A stretch of 63,915 bases of DNA, filler included, from Intoshia linei (lineage: Eukaryota > Animalia > Orthonectida): the NCBI GenBank assembly GCA_001642005.1. It is 8 parts of 8 records of this genome, joined end to end, with 100 filler letters (N's around TTAATTAATTAA, not from the genome) between each part and the next. Parts side by side here need not be neighbours in the genome. Positions count along the whole stretch, not along the records: positions 52,101 to 53,291 come from LWCA01002735.1; positions 53,392 to 55,091 come from LWCA01002523.1; positions 55,192 to 62,158 come from LWCA01001617.1; positions 62,259 to 63,915 come from LWCA01002557.1; 4 more parts are not named here. One strand, 5' to 3'. A program made the position numbers and the translations under genes. The number at the start of each line of letters is the position of its first letter. Within the stretch, counting starts at the first letter, position 1. Shown piece by piece: positions 52,427 to 63,915 of this stretch. The notes under the pieces were generated by a model. It worked only from the letters and a program-made list of their open reading frames with translations. It made no database searches and was not told the DNA's origin.

Positions 52427-53256
52427 AATGTAGTACAAAATGTTTAGAATGTGATGGTCCTTCTGAATTTGAGTGCATAAAATGTATTGATCATTTTTTT
52501 GTTGCGTCTGATGGCTCTTGTATAGGTATTATGTGTTTATAAAGCTACCACTAAATTTGGATGAATACAATGCTAAAAATTAAATTACAATTTAATAGTA
52601 GATTTTATAAATTGCTAATTTAGAATGTAATACTCTATGTTTCAATTGTTTTGGAATACAGTCAAATGAGTGCTTATCATGTCCTCCAGATATGTTTGTA
52701 TCCAAATCCAACATATGTAATTGTAAGTTATAAATTATAAGTAATTAAATCGTACCTATTATGTAGCTTGTGATTTAATCTCCAAATGTGAACGATGTAA
52801 TGGTGTATCATGTGGACGATGTTCCAAAGGATATGTAATTATCGAGAAAACATGCATACGTGAGTTATACAGTTCTAATGAAATATACATTTTGATTTTT
52901 AACATTTTAAATTTTTCCCATATCTTTATTAGATTGTTCATTTTTTAAAAACTGCGTAAATTGCAATGGAGCCATTTGTACGAGATGCAATTATGGCTAT
53001 CGAATTTATCCCAATAATATATGTATAAGTAAATACATATTAATATGAAAATATATTAATTTTTAAGAATGCAATGTTGATCACTGTTCAAATTGTTACT
53101 CTGGTTTAGAAATCTGTAATATTTGTAGAAATGGATTTTTCTTGGAAAATAACGAATGCAAGCGTATTATAAATATATTATTATTTATATATTTTATCTT
53201 AATCAGTATTTCTTGAAATGAGATGGGCGGACCTCTACGACTGTATAATTTTCCAG
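52427..53256 (+). CDS. Furin-like (FU/CXXC) Cys-rich repeat protein fragment
   Basis: Five consecutive phase-1 exons (~52427, 52624, 52767, 52933, 53068), each encoding C...C..C.....C..C..G.....C (e.g. CSTKCLECDGPSEFECIKC, CNVDHCSNCYSGLEICNICRNGFFLENNEC). Ends uncertain. Confidence 0.8.
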
Positions 53257-54040
53257 GAATAATGACATATTTAGACATTTTATCACGTTTTNNNNNNNNN
53301 NNNNNNNNNNNNNNNNNNNNNNNNNNNNNNNNNNNTTAATTAATTAANNNNNNNNNNNNNNNNNNNNNNNNNNNNNNNNNNNNNNNNNNNNTCTTCGGTT
53401 AGCCTAAACACTAGTTCTGTTTTTACAATTTATTTATGTTTAGGTATTACGTTTACGATTTTAAAAACTATTCCATAATTTATTTTTTATAAAATTTTAG
53501 GATATGTTTTATTTTTGGTGTTGACCATGAAGGTATGTATTTCTGAGGCTGCATTTACGACAATGGTAATAATTTTAAAACGCGTTCCAGAATGTATATA
53601 ATATATTGTATGTTTTATTATATTTTTGGGCTGATTTTATTATTAAACAAAAGGGAAAATTGGGTTTTTGGCCCTTAAGGATTTAAATTCTGAAACTGAC
53701 AAATAGATATAAACACTTTTTGGGAAAACATGTATTAGAAAATCGGTTTTTTTAAATTCTACGACTGTCAATTTTTTAAATAAACGGTAACACATACAGA
53801 TTTTAATTTTATTTAAGTAAAGGATTTAATTAATATACAACTCATATAAATCTGATTTTGACAAATTCAATATTGGAGAGATAAACAGAAGAAGCATTTG
53901 GAAATATTACAATCTGTGTTTCAAAAAGATATAATTTGAACCTTTTCAATAAACTATCTATAAAAATGATAATAAAATAATATGTTCATTTTTCCATCTA
54001 CTGAAATGGTGACATTTTTAAAATTATAAACCAGTTAACA

Positions 54041-54710
54041 CAGTGGTTTTAAACCTTTTTGTGTTCGCGACCTTTTATAAGCATAAAAAATTTCCGCGAC
54101 CCAAAAATTTTTTATATACTTTAAACATTATATCAATTCGCATAAATAAAATTATTAAAAAAGCATATTTATATTTTATACTGTGCTTATTGAGCACTGC
54201 TCAGTACAATTTATTATAATTATAAAACTAAATTTATTTTCTTCATGTAAAATTTGAGGTTGCATTTTAGCTATAATTATTGATATCCTGGCAGTGTATG
54301 CTATACGGCGAGCCTCATATCATACTCAAAATTCAATCTGTTTATTGACTTGGTTTTTATATAAACAAGCGTATAAAATCCTGCTTCACACAGATAAGCT
54401 GACGGAAAAGATATTAGCAATCTCAAAGCAATAGTAAATACATTTGGATATAAATCAATCATATCATACCAAAAAATACTTAGATGTATTTCATAAAAAA
54501 TATTACGTGCAGTGGAATCATTGATTAAATTTATTACTTCATCCTGTATTTTATCGGGAAAAGTTTATGTATTGAGTGAATAAGAACATTTAAAATTGTA
54601 ATACAGAATGTAAAAATATTTACGTAACATTATTACTGTCAATATTATATTAAAATAAAATAAATAACGACCCCCTGATAAATTTCGCGACCCCCGGTTG
54701 ATAACTACTG
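54041..54710. mobile_element. Buster/Charlie hAT deletion derivative retaining the dimerisation-domain remnant
   Basis: TIR cagtggttttaaacc / ggttgataactactg; TSD agttaaca/agttaata; minus strand ALRLLISFPSAYLCEAGFYTLVYIKTKSINRLNFEYDMRLAV. Confidence 0.88.
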
Positions 54711-55191
54711 AGTTAATAGGTTAATCATTTTGCTAGTAGTTTTTTAATTGTTTTAATGCATCCATGCATAAGTAAAAAAGTAAGCCAAAAGATTTGACAA
54801 TTTATTTATCGAATCAAAATCCAAAAAGTTATCCATATTTTATATTAATTTTGTTGGTGTATTTGGGTTGATTGGGAACCAAACATACAATCTCATATAC
54901 ATGTATAAATTGTAATTGAAGCATTTCAAATACTGAATCATGGTAATTTATAAACATCATATAACAAAAATTACACATTTTCACTGAAAAATAAAAGATT
55001 TTAAATTTCAATATGCAAGAAAATATAATTTACTTGCAATCCATAGTCAATGAAAATAATTATTGGAAAAATTTAAATAAAAAAGAATCACNNNNNNNNN
55101 NNNNNNNNNNNNNNNNNNNNNNNNNNNNNNNNNNNTTAATTAATTAANNNNNNNNNNNNNNNNNNNNNNNNNNNNNNNNNNNNNNNNNNNN

Positions 55192-55285
55192 TGAAAGCTA
55201 TCATTGTTTCATCCAAGGTGAGATTCTTTCCAGGTTCATAATTATCTCTGAAATTTTCAACAAAATATTCAAAAACTTTTCTTAT
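55192..55285 (-). mobile_element. piggyBac transposase fragment
   Basis: KVFEYFVENFRDNYEPGKNLTLDETMIAF (first catalytic DE region). Confidence 0.6.
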
Positions 55286-55780
55286 TGCAGCAAGTTTATA
55301 ATAAACTTAAATTTTTAGTACGTTTTTATCAGTGCTGCCTGAAACGTACTTTTACAAAAAAACGTACTTCTGGCAGCTTTAGCTTATATTTAAATTATAT
55401 TTAGTTAAAAATTTTACTGAAAATTTGTATTTCATGGGTCTGCTAATAATTGAGAAAAGATAGTAGTATGCGTGAATTAGGGAATAATCTTGGGTTAAAA
55501 TTAATTAACTTAATTAATTAAATCGTGAATTTTCCCACATAAATGTTCAAAAGTTTTATCAACTGTATAATTTTTACTCCTCTTTTAAATGTTATCAATT
55601 TTAGTTTTACCTCTATAAAGATTGAAAAGTAAAAATACACCGTGTAGTAAATGGAAAACAAGGTAAATCTCAATATTTTGCAAAGCTACCATGAACCACA
55701 TATAAAAGTCTCATCAGAAAAGTTAATATAGTTTATATCGTGTCCAAATTCGAGTTATAACTTATTATTTTCAAATATAC

Positions 55781-58700
55781 CTCTTCCCTGTCTTTTTAGT
55801 GTCGACGCATGTCTTAATTTCGTCTATATACTTCAAGTGATCAATTACTACAATATTTGGATCAACAACAATATTTGTTTCTTGTTCTGAAACAAACAAT
55901 TGGGTGTCTTTATAATTATTTTTTGATGTTGTCTCCTTTGCTGATTTAACTGTCTTTAATTCATGCACTTTATATTCTGGTAAACTCAAAGGATCACATA
56001 AAACTTCAATTGGAATACTGGGGTGCACAAATGTTGCCGGTTTATAAATATCCCAATTTGATTTATTGCTAAATGTACCTAAATTAAAATAAAATAATAA
56101 TTAAGTAAACAATTCTATTCACTCTAATTTAAGTGATTCTCAAACTTTAAATTAAAATTCAATTTAATCAATGTAAATAAAAATTACTTACAAAATACAA
56201 ACGATGGAATTTTATATTCAATCCTTACTTATATATAATTATTATTTATCTATTATTATTGTTTATTGTAATTATAATGCTTTGTTGGTCTGTGTGTGTG
56301 TTATTGTTTATTTTAATAACTATCAGTCTTAGAATTTTATAAAGTCCACATTTCAATTACAGTTTTTTCCGGGGTGTTAGCAAAAATAAATTTTAACCCT
56401 TCAAACTCACATCTTATGGGCCAAAAAGCCAAATTTCGAGAATTTAAAAAAATATATACTCTGATACGGATTTTAAAATCATAAATATTATCATAAATTT
56501 AAATTTAAACAAAATATATCTTCAGGGCCAAAACCACAAATTACCCTTCTTTTTTTAATAAAAACAGCCCTATAATTTAAAAAAATTTACAGGTGGTACA
56601 GTTGTATCCTGTTAACACACACAAAAATGAATAAGTGACGCCTTCACACTCAAAAAAGTATTTTAGTATTCATATATTTTTTTTCTAAATATTTTATTAA
56701 CAAAAATGTGAAATAATTAAAACGGTCCGAAAATTAAAAAAAAATTATTCTGATAGAGCTTATTCCAGTTAATATAAATACAAAAGTTCAACCCGAGAAA
56801 TCTACGCATTCCCGATGAAAAATAATTTTTAATATAATCAACCAATATTTTTCAAATATTTCGAATTAAAATAAAAATGAAGTGTAAATATTCATCCTAC
56901 AATTTTAAAAAAAAATGTGCAGTGAACGTCTACACATTTCCAATAAAGAAATATGGGTGAAAATCTATATAATTCATTCCTTCGCAATTTTTAAATTTCA
57001 AATTTAAATAACAACAACGAAACTAAAAGTAATATAGTTAAAAATGCATGTCTGTTTATTTGTCTGTCTGTCTGTTTCAGTTAAATTAAGAAAGTAAGAG
57101 GTCGAGTTTTCAAAATTAAATATTTCTGTTACAGTTTTTCGAGGGTGATGTTTTATGGCAAATTTCGTTTTCAGCAATTCTTCAAGGTCAAAAACCCCAA
57201 TTATTCTTTTTTTTCATTCAAACGTTTCCTGTAATTATCAAAAATACACAATCTCATAAAGATTTTAAAATCATAAACATGATAAATTTTACACTAGATT
57301 GATTGCAATAGATTTTATAATACATACTACATATGTATAATAAATTTTTATAATATTTAATTTTAGTTATTTAAGTATTAAAATTCGATTTTTTGTAAAA
57401 TGAACAATGTTAATTTAACATGACAACATTCCGTATATACAGAGGTACAGATCTAGCAGTACAAAACAAAATCTAGTACTCAATATATTATTTACCTATA
57501 AAGTGCCCTTTTGTGGTCCAAACACGGCACGTTTTATCTAGTGAACTGGATAAAATAATATTTTTAAGTTCAACAAGAGTAATGCATGTAATTCTTTGAG
57601 TATGTGCTCGCCAAGAACAGACAATTGGCGGTGAATTTTTTGGGTTGATGAGTGACTTGTAACTGGAAATGTTCCAACAATATATGTATCCTACAAAATA
57701 ATTAATTAAGTTTGATATAAATAATTTTTCATATATATTTTTTTAACTAACAAAATTTTTTTGTAAATTGAAATTGACACGATAATAGAAATTCCAGCTA
57801 ATATCCCACAAAAATCATTCTATTTTGATCATTTTTTAAAATTTAACAATAGTTTATTTAGGGGATAAATTATGGCTATGGTAAAAAGAAACGTAACGAT
57901 AGAGAACCATAAAAAAACAACACGAAATTATAATTTTAAAGAAATTTGAAAAGTTATTTTTATTGTTTATTATTATTGAAAAGTAATTTTTAATAGGCCA
58001 AATGATTGTAGGGTCATTATATACTAAATTTTAACGGGTGTCTTTTTAGAGTTTTAAATTTATAAATTTTAATATGAGATTTTATGGTTTTTACGAACGA
58101 TTAGTAAACGATTTAAAACGTAATTTTACAAAATGTTAAGGTTTTAAATAAGATTTTTTGAATATTTTAAATCGAAATTTAGGATAATTTTTAGTCCAAA
58201 TATTAATTTATGAATTTGGTTTAAAAAATTTAGAATTGGATTATATAGATTTACCAAATTTCAAAGAGCGATTTAAATTATATTCTTATCATATTTTAAA
58301 AACGTATTTATGTTCATTTTTGGTTTAAATTTAAATTTAAATGATCGGTGTAGGGTTTTTATGGTTTTGACATAAATTTAAAGGATTTATTACAAAAATT
58401 AAAAAAAATTTTAAATAAGGTTTTTGGGGTAATTTTTATTTCAAATTTTAATGGGTATGTTTAGAATTTTATAGGAAATTCTACTATAAGTTTCTATGCT
58501 TTTTCACTAAATTTAGAAAGAGATTTAAAGGATTTGTTCAAACAAATTTTAAAATATCTTAGGCAAATATTAACTAAGTTTTTTGGTTCAAACTTTAATG
58601 AGTACCTTAGAATTTTTATACTGCTTCAAAAAATTTAAAAGTTTATATAAATTTATAGATTAATAGTGTTTCACCAGTAATTCAAATTTTCTTATTTCAA

Positions 58701-61412
58701 ACGATGATAATTTTCATAAAAATAGTTGTATTAAAAAGTAACATAGAATAGGTAGAGGTACAATTCTTAATTAGAAAAATTTAAATTGCTATAAAAATTT
58801 CAATAATTTGTATAACTTTCTATCGCTCTTTATTTTTTCATACTCATTAATACCACTTGACCGACATTGGACAACTTTTCAATAAATTCAATATTATGAT
58901 TTATTGATTTGTTTGTTTTTTATGGTTTATTATTTGCAGAATATTAATACCACATTAACCATTAACATACATGTATTAAAATTACCCACTGTATCTGCAC
59001 AGTATAATTTTGTTTCATCGTCGTTTAATATAATTTTGGTAGACATGGCTTGTTTAATTTTACTCTAAATTTAAAAATGCATACATTACCTACATTATTA
59101 AATTTAAAAAATACAATTGGAAATTTAGCTACAAGCGAACCACCATTATAAATATTCCAAAAGTGGATATGTGCCTTAGGTCCACTAGAAATCAAATGAC
59201 TTTGAGTGTTTACATCGCCATTTTGAAAAAATACCATTGAATCTATATCCCAATCTCCGTCCACTACAATTTTATTTTTTAAAATAATCAATATTACATG
59301 AAATGTCATTATAGTGCGATGGAGATTTTGGTAATAATTTAGAAAATATGCGTCCAGATGTCATATTCCAAATTATTATTACACCTAAAATGTTTTATTA
59401 ATTAAATTTAATTAATACATATACAATGCTATAGGTCAGTGGTTGTTTAACTTAGAATTCCACGGACGTCTTATTTCAACCAAAATATATCACGTACCCC
59501 TAGATAATGATACTGACCTTCAGATGTCCATGGATAATTTAAGGTACAGTTTAAGAAACACTGTTGTAGGTTAATTAAAATACAAAATAAATTAACAATA
59601 ATGTACCATCATAACTAGCCGTAGCCAGTGAATTTGGTTGACAATAAGCTGCACTACTAATATCTTCTTTATGTCCATCGTTCTAATCATTAGAATATAA
59701 TATACAGTCTAAGACTCTAATAGACTCTAAGTCCTTATTAACGGAAATGAAAATTTGGAAATATCAAATTTCCCCATAGTAATGGAATTTAATTTTTTTA
59801 AATAAAAACCATAAAATGAGTTTAATATTTTTGAATAATACATGACGAAGTAATATACGCAAAACATTATTAACAGGGTCCAGAGCAGTTTTTTGAGGAT
59901 AATTTAAGGGATAGTAATTATTTCTAATTAGTAATCTAATTTAATATATAATTTAAAATTTGATAAAAAACAATAAATTGACTTCTAGTTATAATTAGTA
60001 AAAAATGAGGTTATATTTATGATAGTCATTAAAAATAGATTATAGAGCTTTAGAGAATAGGTTCTAAACCTGGGGTGCTAAAAACCAGTTTTTAGGATGC
60101 CAGAAAATTTTTGAATAAAAATCATTTTACTGTAAACTTTAATTTTATAATTTAATAATATCCTAACTTATATAAAAGGCTACGCGATTTTTGTTTCTGT
60201 GTGTGTTTTCCACATTATTGAAATAACTATCAGTCTTAGTATTTTATAAAGTCCACATTTCAATTACAGTTTTTTCCGAAACGTATAATAAGATAAATTT
60301 CAACCTCCTAAACTCACATTTTACGGGTCAAAAACCCCAATTGTCCCTCTTTTTGAAAATCGAAAAATATATACGCTGATGCGGATTTTAAAATCATAAA
60401 CATTATCATTAATTTAAATTTAAAAAAATTATATCTTCAGGGTCAAAACCACAAATTACACTTCATTTTTTAATGAAAACAGCCCTAGAATTTCAAAAAA
60501 TTTCAATATGAATAAGTAAAAACTTCACGGTCGAAAAAGCATTTTAGTAATCATATATGTTTTTCAAATTATTTTATTAAAACAAAAAATGTGAAATAAT
60601 TAACGGTCCGAAAATTAAAAAAAAGAGATTATTCTGATAGTTTAAGTCTGATAATTTTCTCGCCATTTTAACTAAATTCATTGTTATATCCATGGCTAGT
60701 ATATAAAAGTTATATATTAACGGAACATTTATTCAAAATTATACACTAAGGGTACATGACTGTGTGTCAAAAAAAAAAGAAAATAGAGTTATAATAATAT
60801 TCGTTATGGATTCACTAAAATAAATGATATTAATAAATCGGACAAACCACAGAGTTTTTTATGTTCATAGGTTTTTTCTAATTCAAATTTAAAGCCATTT
60901 TTAGCTATTTCATCTAGCAATTTTTTGTTACCGTAGTTATAATATTAACATTTTTGGGATGCCAAATACAAAAAGGTTAAGAAACCATGCTTTAGAGATA
61001 AAATTTTTATTAACAGAATTTTTGGTTGAACGGAATGCACAAATTCGTTAAGAAAATATAAATAAATAAAAATTCTGTTAAAATCAAATTTTTCACTAAA
61101 ATGAAATTTCCGCTAACTAAAATTCCGTTAATAAGGACTTAGACTGTATTGGACTAATAATAAAAAAATATTAGTCAAAGAATAAATTAAAAAAAATCGA
61201 AAAGAATTAAATTATGAAATCATTTTTAATTTGAGGTTGCAAAATAAAATAATTTTTAAATTTTTATATTCTCAATTATACTAATAGTTCAAGTAAATAC
61301 GATGTCATCGCTCCAACGAGGTAAGGGTGCAATTGTTAAATCCATGGCATTGTCATCTTCAGAATCCAAATAAATATTTATTCTTCGATCCCAACCAACA
61401 GCTATAATGTAT
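55781..61412 (-). CDS. WDR49/WDR95/CFAP337-like ciliary WD40 protein (internal and C-terminal exons)
   Basis: Exons 61412-61301, 59682-59607, 59384-59298, 59263-59115, 59064-58986, 57690-57496, 56078-55781 in frame: IIAVGWDRRINIY..GHKEDISSAAY..LATASYDGVIIIWN..IHFWN..CADTVGYIYCWNI..WRAHTQRIT..SSSLDKTCRVWT..FIGTF...W. The 3' end is unresolved. Confidence 0.85.
59437..59563. mobile_element. Small hAT MITE
   Basis: cagtggttgtttaa / ttaagaaacactg; flanks ctataggt/ttgtaggt. Confidence 0.6.
59705..61146. mobile_element. Tigger-like MITE containing a hAT MITE (60056-60989) containing a Helitron (60161-60699)
   Basis: TA|cagtctaag..tccttattaacggaa / ttccgttaataaggacttagactg|TA; inner perfect TSD ctttagag; innermost A|TCCTAACTTATAT...ggCTAG|T. 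Confidence 0.82.
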
Positions 61413-62258
61413 CTATGCTTCAAAATTAAAAAAAAACGAAATTTTATAAATTTGCTAATAATAAAATAAAAATCCAGTGCATTAAAATTAATCATCCAGA
61501 CATTAAAAATTATCAAAGTCTATGTATTTATTTATTGTCTGTTCCAGTTTATTTACAAGTTAAGAAAGTAAGAGGCGTCGAGTTTTACAAATTCCATATT
61601 TCCATTACAGTTTTTCGAGGGAAATGTTTTATCGCATTTTTAATTTTGACCAATTGAGTCCTTCAATATCAAAAATCCCAATTATCCTTGTTTTTAAAAT
61701 CAAACCAGTGCTAGAATTTTATACAAAATTACCGTTGATACAGTTATATCCAATTCACACATAAAAATTTAAATTTGACAAAATAATGCCCGAAGTTTAG
61801 AATCACTTGAAGTGCAACTTATTATCATTTTTATAATTATTTTATCTTATCCTTACTTATATTGCTTTGTTTGTCTGTGTGTGTTATCGTTTATTTCAAT
61901 AACCACCAGTTTTAGACTTATATAAAGTCCACATTTCAATTACAGTTTTTTCCGGGGTGTTAGCAAAATAACTTTTAACCTCATAAACTCAGATCTTACG
62001 GGTCAAAAAACCCAATGTTCCTTTTTTTTGAAAATCAAACGAGTTCCAGAATTTAAAAAAATTTATACCCTGATAGGTATTTTAAAATCATAAATATTCT
62101 AATAAATTTAAATTTAAAAAAAATATATCTTCAGGGCCAAAACCACAAATTACCTTTTNNNNNNNNNNNNNNNNNNNNNNNNNNNNNNNNNNNNNNNNNN
62201 NNTTAATTAATTAANNNNNNNNNNNNNNNNNNNNNNNNNNNNNNNNNNNNNNNNNNNN

Positions 62259-62439
62259 AAGACTTGAAATGTTTTATGGAAGAATCTAATTCAAAAAATT
62301 TCGTGTAATCCAGAGTTCCCGCGTCGTATTCACTTTGTTTTGGGTGAGTCTTTTTTATAGGTGAAGTTTTCTTTTTCAATTTCATTGAATTTTCGGTGGT
62401 ACACTTTGAATATTTGATATGAGAAGCTTTAGAAGACAT
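62259..62439 (-). CDS. 5' coding exon of a gene running into the gap (possibly the start of the WDR49-like gene)
   Basis: ATG 62439 MSSKASHIKYSK...FFELDSSIKHFKS open to the gap; same strand as the WD40 exons. Confidence 0.5.
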
Positions 62440-62621
62440 TTCAGAGAACAAATACATTACAAATAAAGTTATAAAGTGGAATAATTTTAATTTTTTATGG
62501 ATACCAATTCATTTTCTATGGTGCTCTATGTCTATATAAATTATAAAACAGATTTCATTTTTCATTAATCAAATATACAATTAGTTTCTACATAAACATG
62601 TACATTTACTATGTATGTATC

Positions 62622-62636
62622 GTTGCATAAAGCAAC
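62622..62636. promoter_or_regulatory. RFX X-box-like palindrome
   Basis: GTTGCATAAAGCAAC, about 183 nt upstream of ATG 62439. Confidence 0.5.
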
Positions 62637-63023
62637 CTTTCACTTTTAATAGACTATGTGCAAATTTACGAGTAGTATTATTAGTTTAGTCTACCAATAA
62701 AAATATTCATAGTAACTAATTTAACAGTCAGTTCAATCCAATTTTTTGAAAGGTATTTCAGTTATAGCCAAATGTTTGTTTTTTCAATTAAGACAATGTT
62801 TAACTTGATTGAATTTACAATGTTAATTCAAGTTTTATTGTATAATAAAAAAATTATCTATATAATACTTCAATTTAAGATGACTATTTTAAATTTAAAG
62901 TCTCTAGTTGTAAATTACAAAATAATGAAAAAAAATTGAATTATTTTCCTGATATCATAACTTATAAGAACCAAATAATGCATTAATATATAATTTATGA
63001 TGCTGAGTTTGAAATTTAAAAAT

Positions 63024-63264
63024 TTATTGAAATTCAGTATCCATTCTATGAAAAGAAGTTTCATCGGTGTATATTCTACTGTTATTTGGTTTCATGGGCA
63101 TTTTTGAATTTACGGGTGGTAGGACATGACCACCTTTTTGTGATAAAACCAATATTTCTTCTTTTAATCTATTCATTTCATCAACTTGTAATTTTACCAA
63201 TTGCATTAATCTTCCATATTCGTCTTCTTTTTTTTTTATTAGAACTTGTTTTGTATTCTGAACC
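63024..63264 (-). CDS. CFAP44: Last exon of cilia- and flagella-associated protein 44 (WDR52)
   Basis: Acceptor at 63265-63266; EYGRLMQLVKLQVDEMNRLKEEILVLSQKGGHVLPP matches my recollection of the CFAP44 C-terminus (LVQLQ...LKEEI..L..KG...LPP). Confidence 0.75.
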
Positions 63265-63915
63265 CTATATACAAATTAATTAGATAATTAGCTCTCAGAA
63301 ATTGATTACTGTGTAAAAATCTGGATTACTATTTTTATACAATAAATAGTTTTTGGTATGAATAAAAAATTTATAATTTGTAAGAGTTGTCATTTATTGT
63401 GGAATTATCAAAACTGGAATGAAAACCGAAATGAAAACTACAGGATTAATATCTACATTTTCAATTTGTATTTTAATTGAAATATTTGAAAAATATTGGT
63501 TGATAATATATTAAAAATTATATTCACCGGGAATGCGTAGATTTCAGGAGTTGAAATTTTGTATTTATATCAACTGGAATAAGCTCTTTCAGAATTTTTA
63601 ATTTAATTTTCGGACCGTTAATTATTTAACATTTTTTGTTTTAATAAAATATTTCGGAAAAAAAATATATGAATATAAAATGCGTTTTTGACCGTGAAGT
63701 CATCACTTATTCTAATTGAAATTTTTTGTATGTGTTAACAGGATACAACTGTACCACCTGTAAATTTTTTTAAATTCTAGGATTGTTTTAATTAAAAAAA
63801 GAAGGGTAATTTAAGGTTTTGACCCTGAAGATATTTTTTTAAATTTAAATTTATGATAAAGTTTATGATAATGTTTATGATTTTAAAATCCGTATCAGCG
63901 TATATATTTTTTTAA

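Noticed and set aside
55192-55285. Terminal exon of the WD40 gene
   Set aside because: Translation matches a piggyBac transposase segment instead.
57990-58620. Degenerate tandem array (also 13760-13960)
   Set aside because: Loose AT-rich repeats of irregular period with no spacer structure; likely old satellite or transposon internal repeats.

Overview
Very AT-rich eukaryotic (animal-like) genomic DNA with tiny GT-AG introns (many 30-48 nt, several exactly 37 nt). It is split by seven artificial 100-bp spacers (44 N + TTAATTAATTAA + 44 N). The intron size, AT content and ciliary genes suggest a compact ciliated invertebrate such as an orthonectid, but that is inference only. Genes read by hand-splicing: (i) a minus-strand secreted/surface protein with HYR, sushi-like, furin-site linker and about 30 tandem 54-aa Cys-rich Ephrin_rec_like repeats in one >5.4-kb exon that the ORF track missed; (ii) RPB5/POLR2E head-to-head with MRPL55, followed by a 75-aa acidic MGCxxS orphan; (iii) the N-terminus of a possible transcription factor; (iv) 3' exons of a transmembrane histidine acid phosphatase homologue apparently lacking the catalytic HD; (v) a SAXO-like gene, a WDR49/CFAP337-like WD40 gene and the CFAP44 last exon, with RFX X-box-like motifs; (vi) a probably pseudogenised secreted EGF/Cys-rich gene and a furin-like Cys-repeat fragment. 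The rest is dense with DNA transposons: an abundant non-autonomous Helitron family, several hAT families with TSDs including multi-level nests, Tc1/Tc3, pogo/Tigger, piggyBac remnants and an intron-containing Ginger-like integrase. There are no prokaryotic features or CRISPR. All homology calls are from motif recognition, not database searches.
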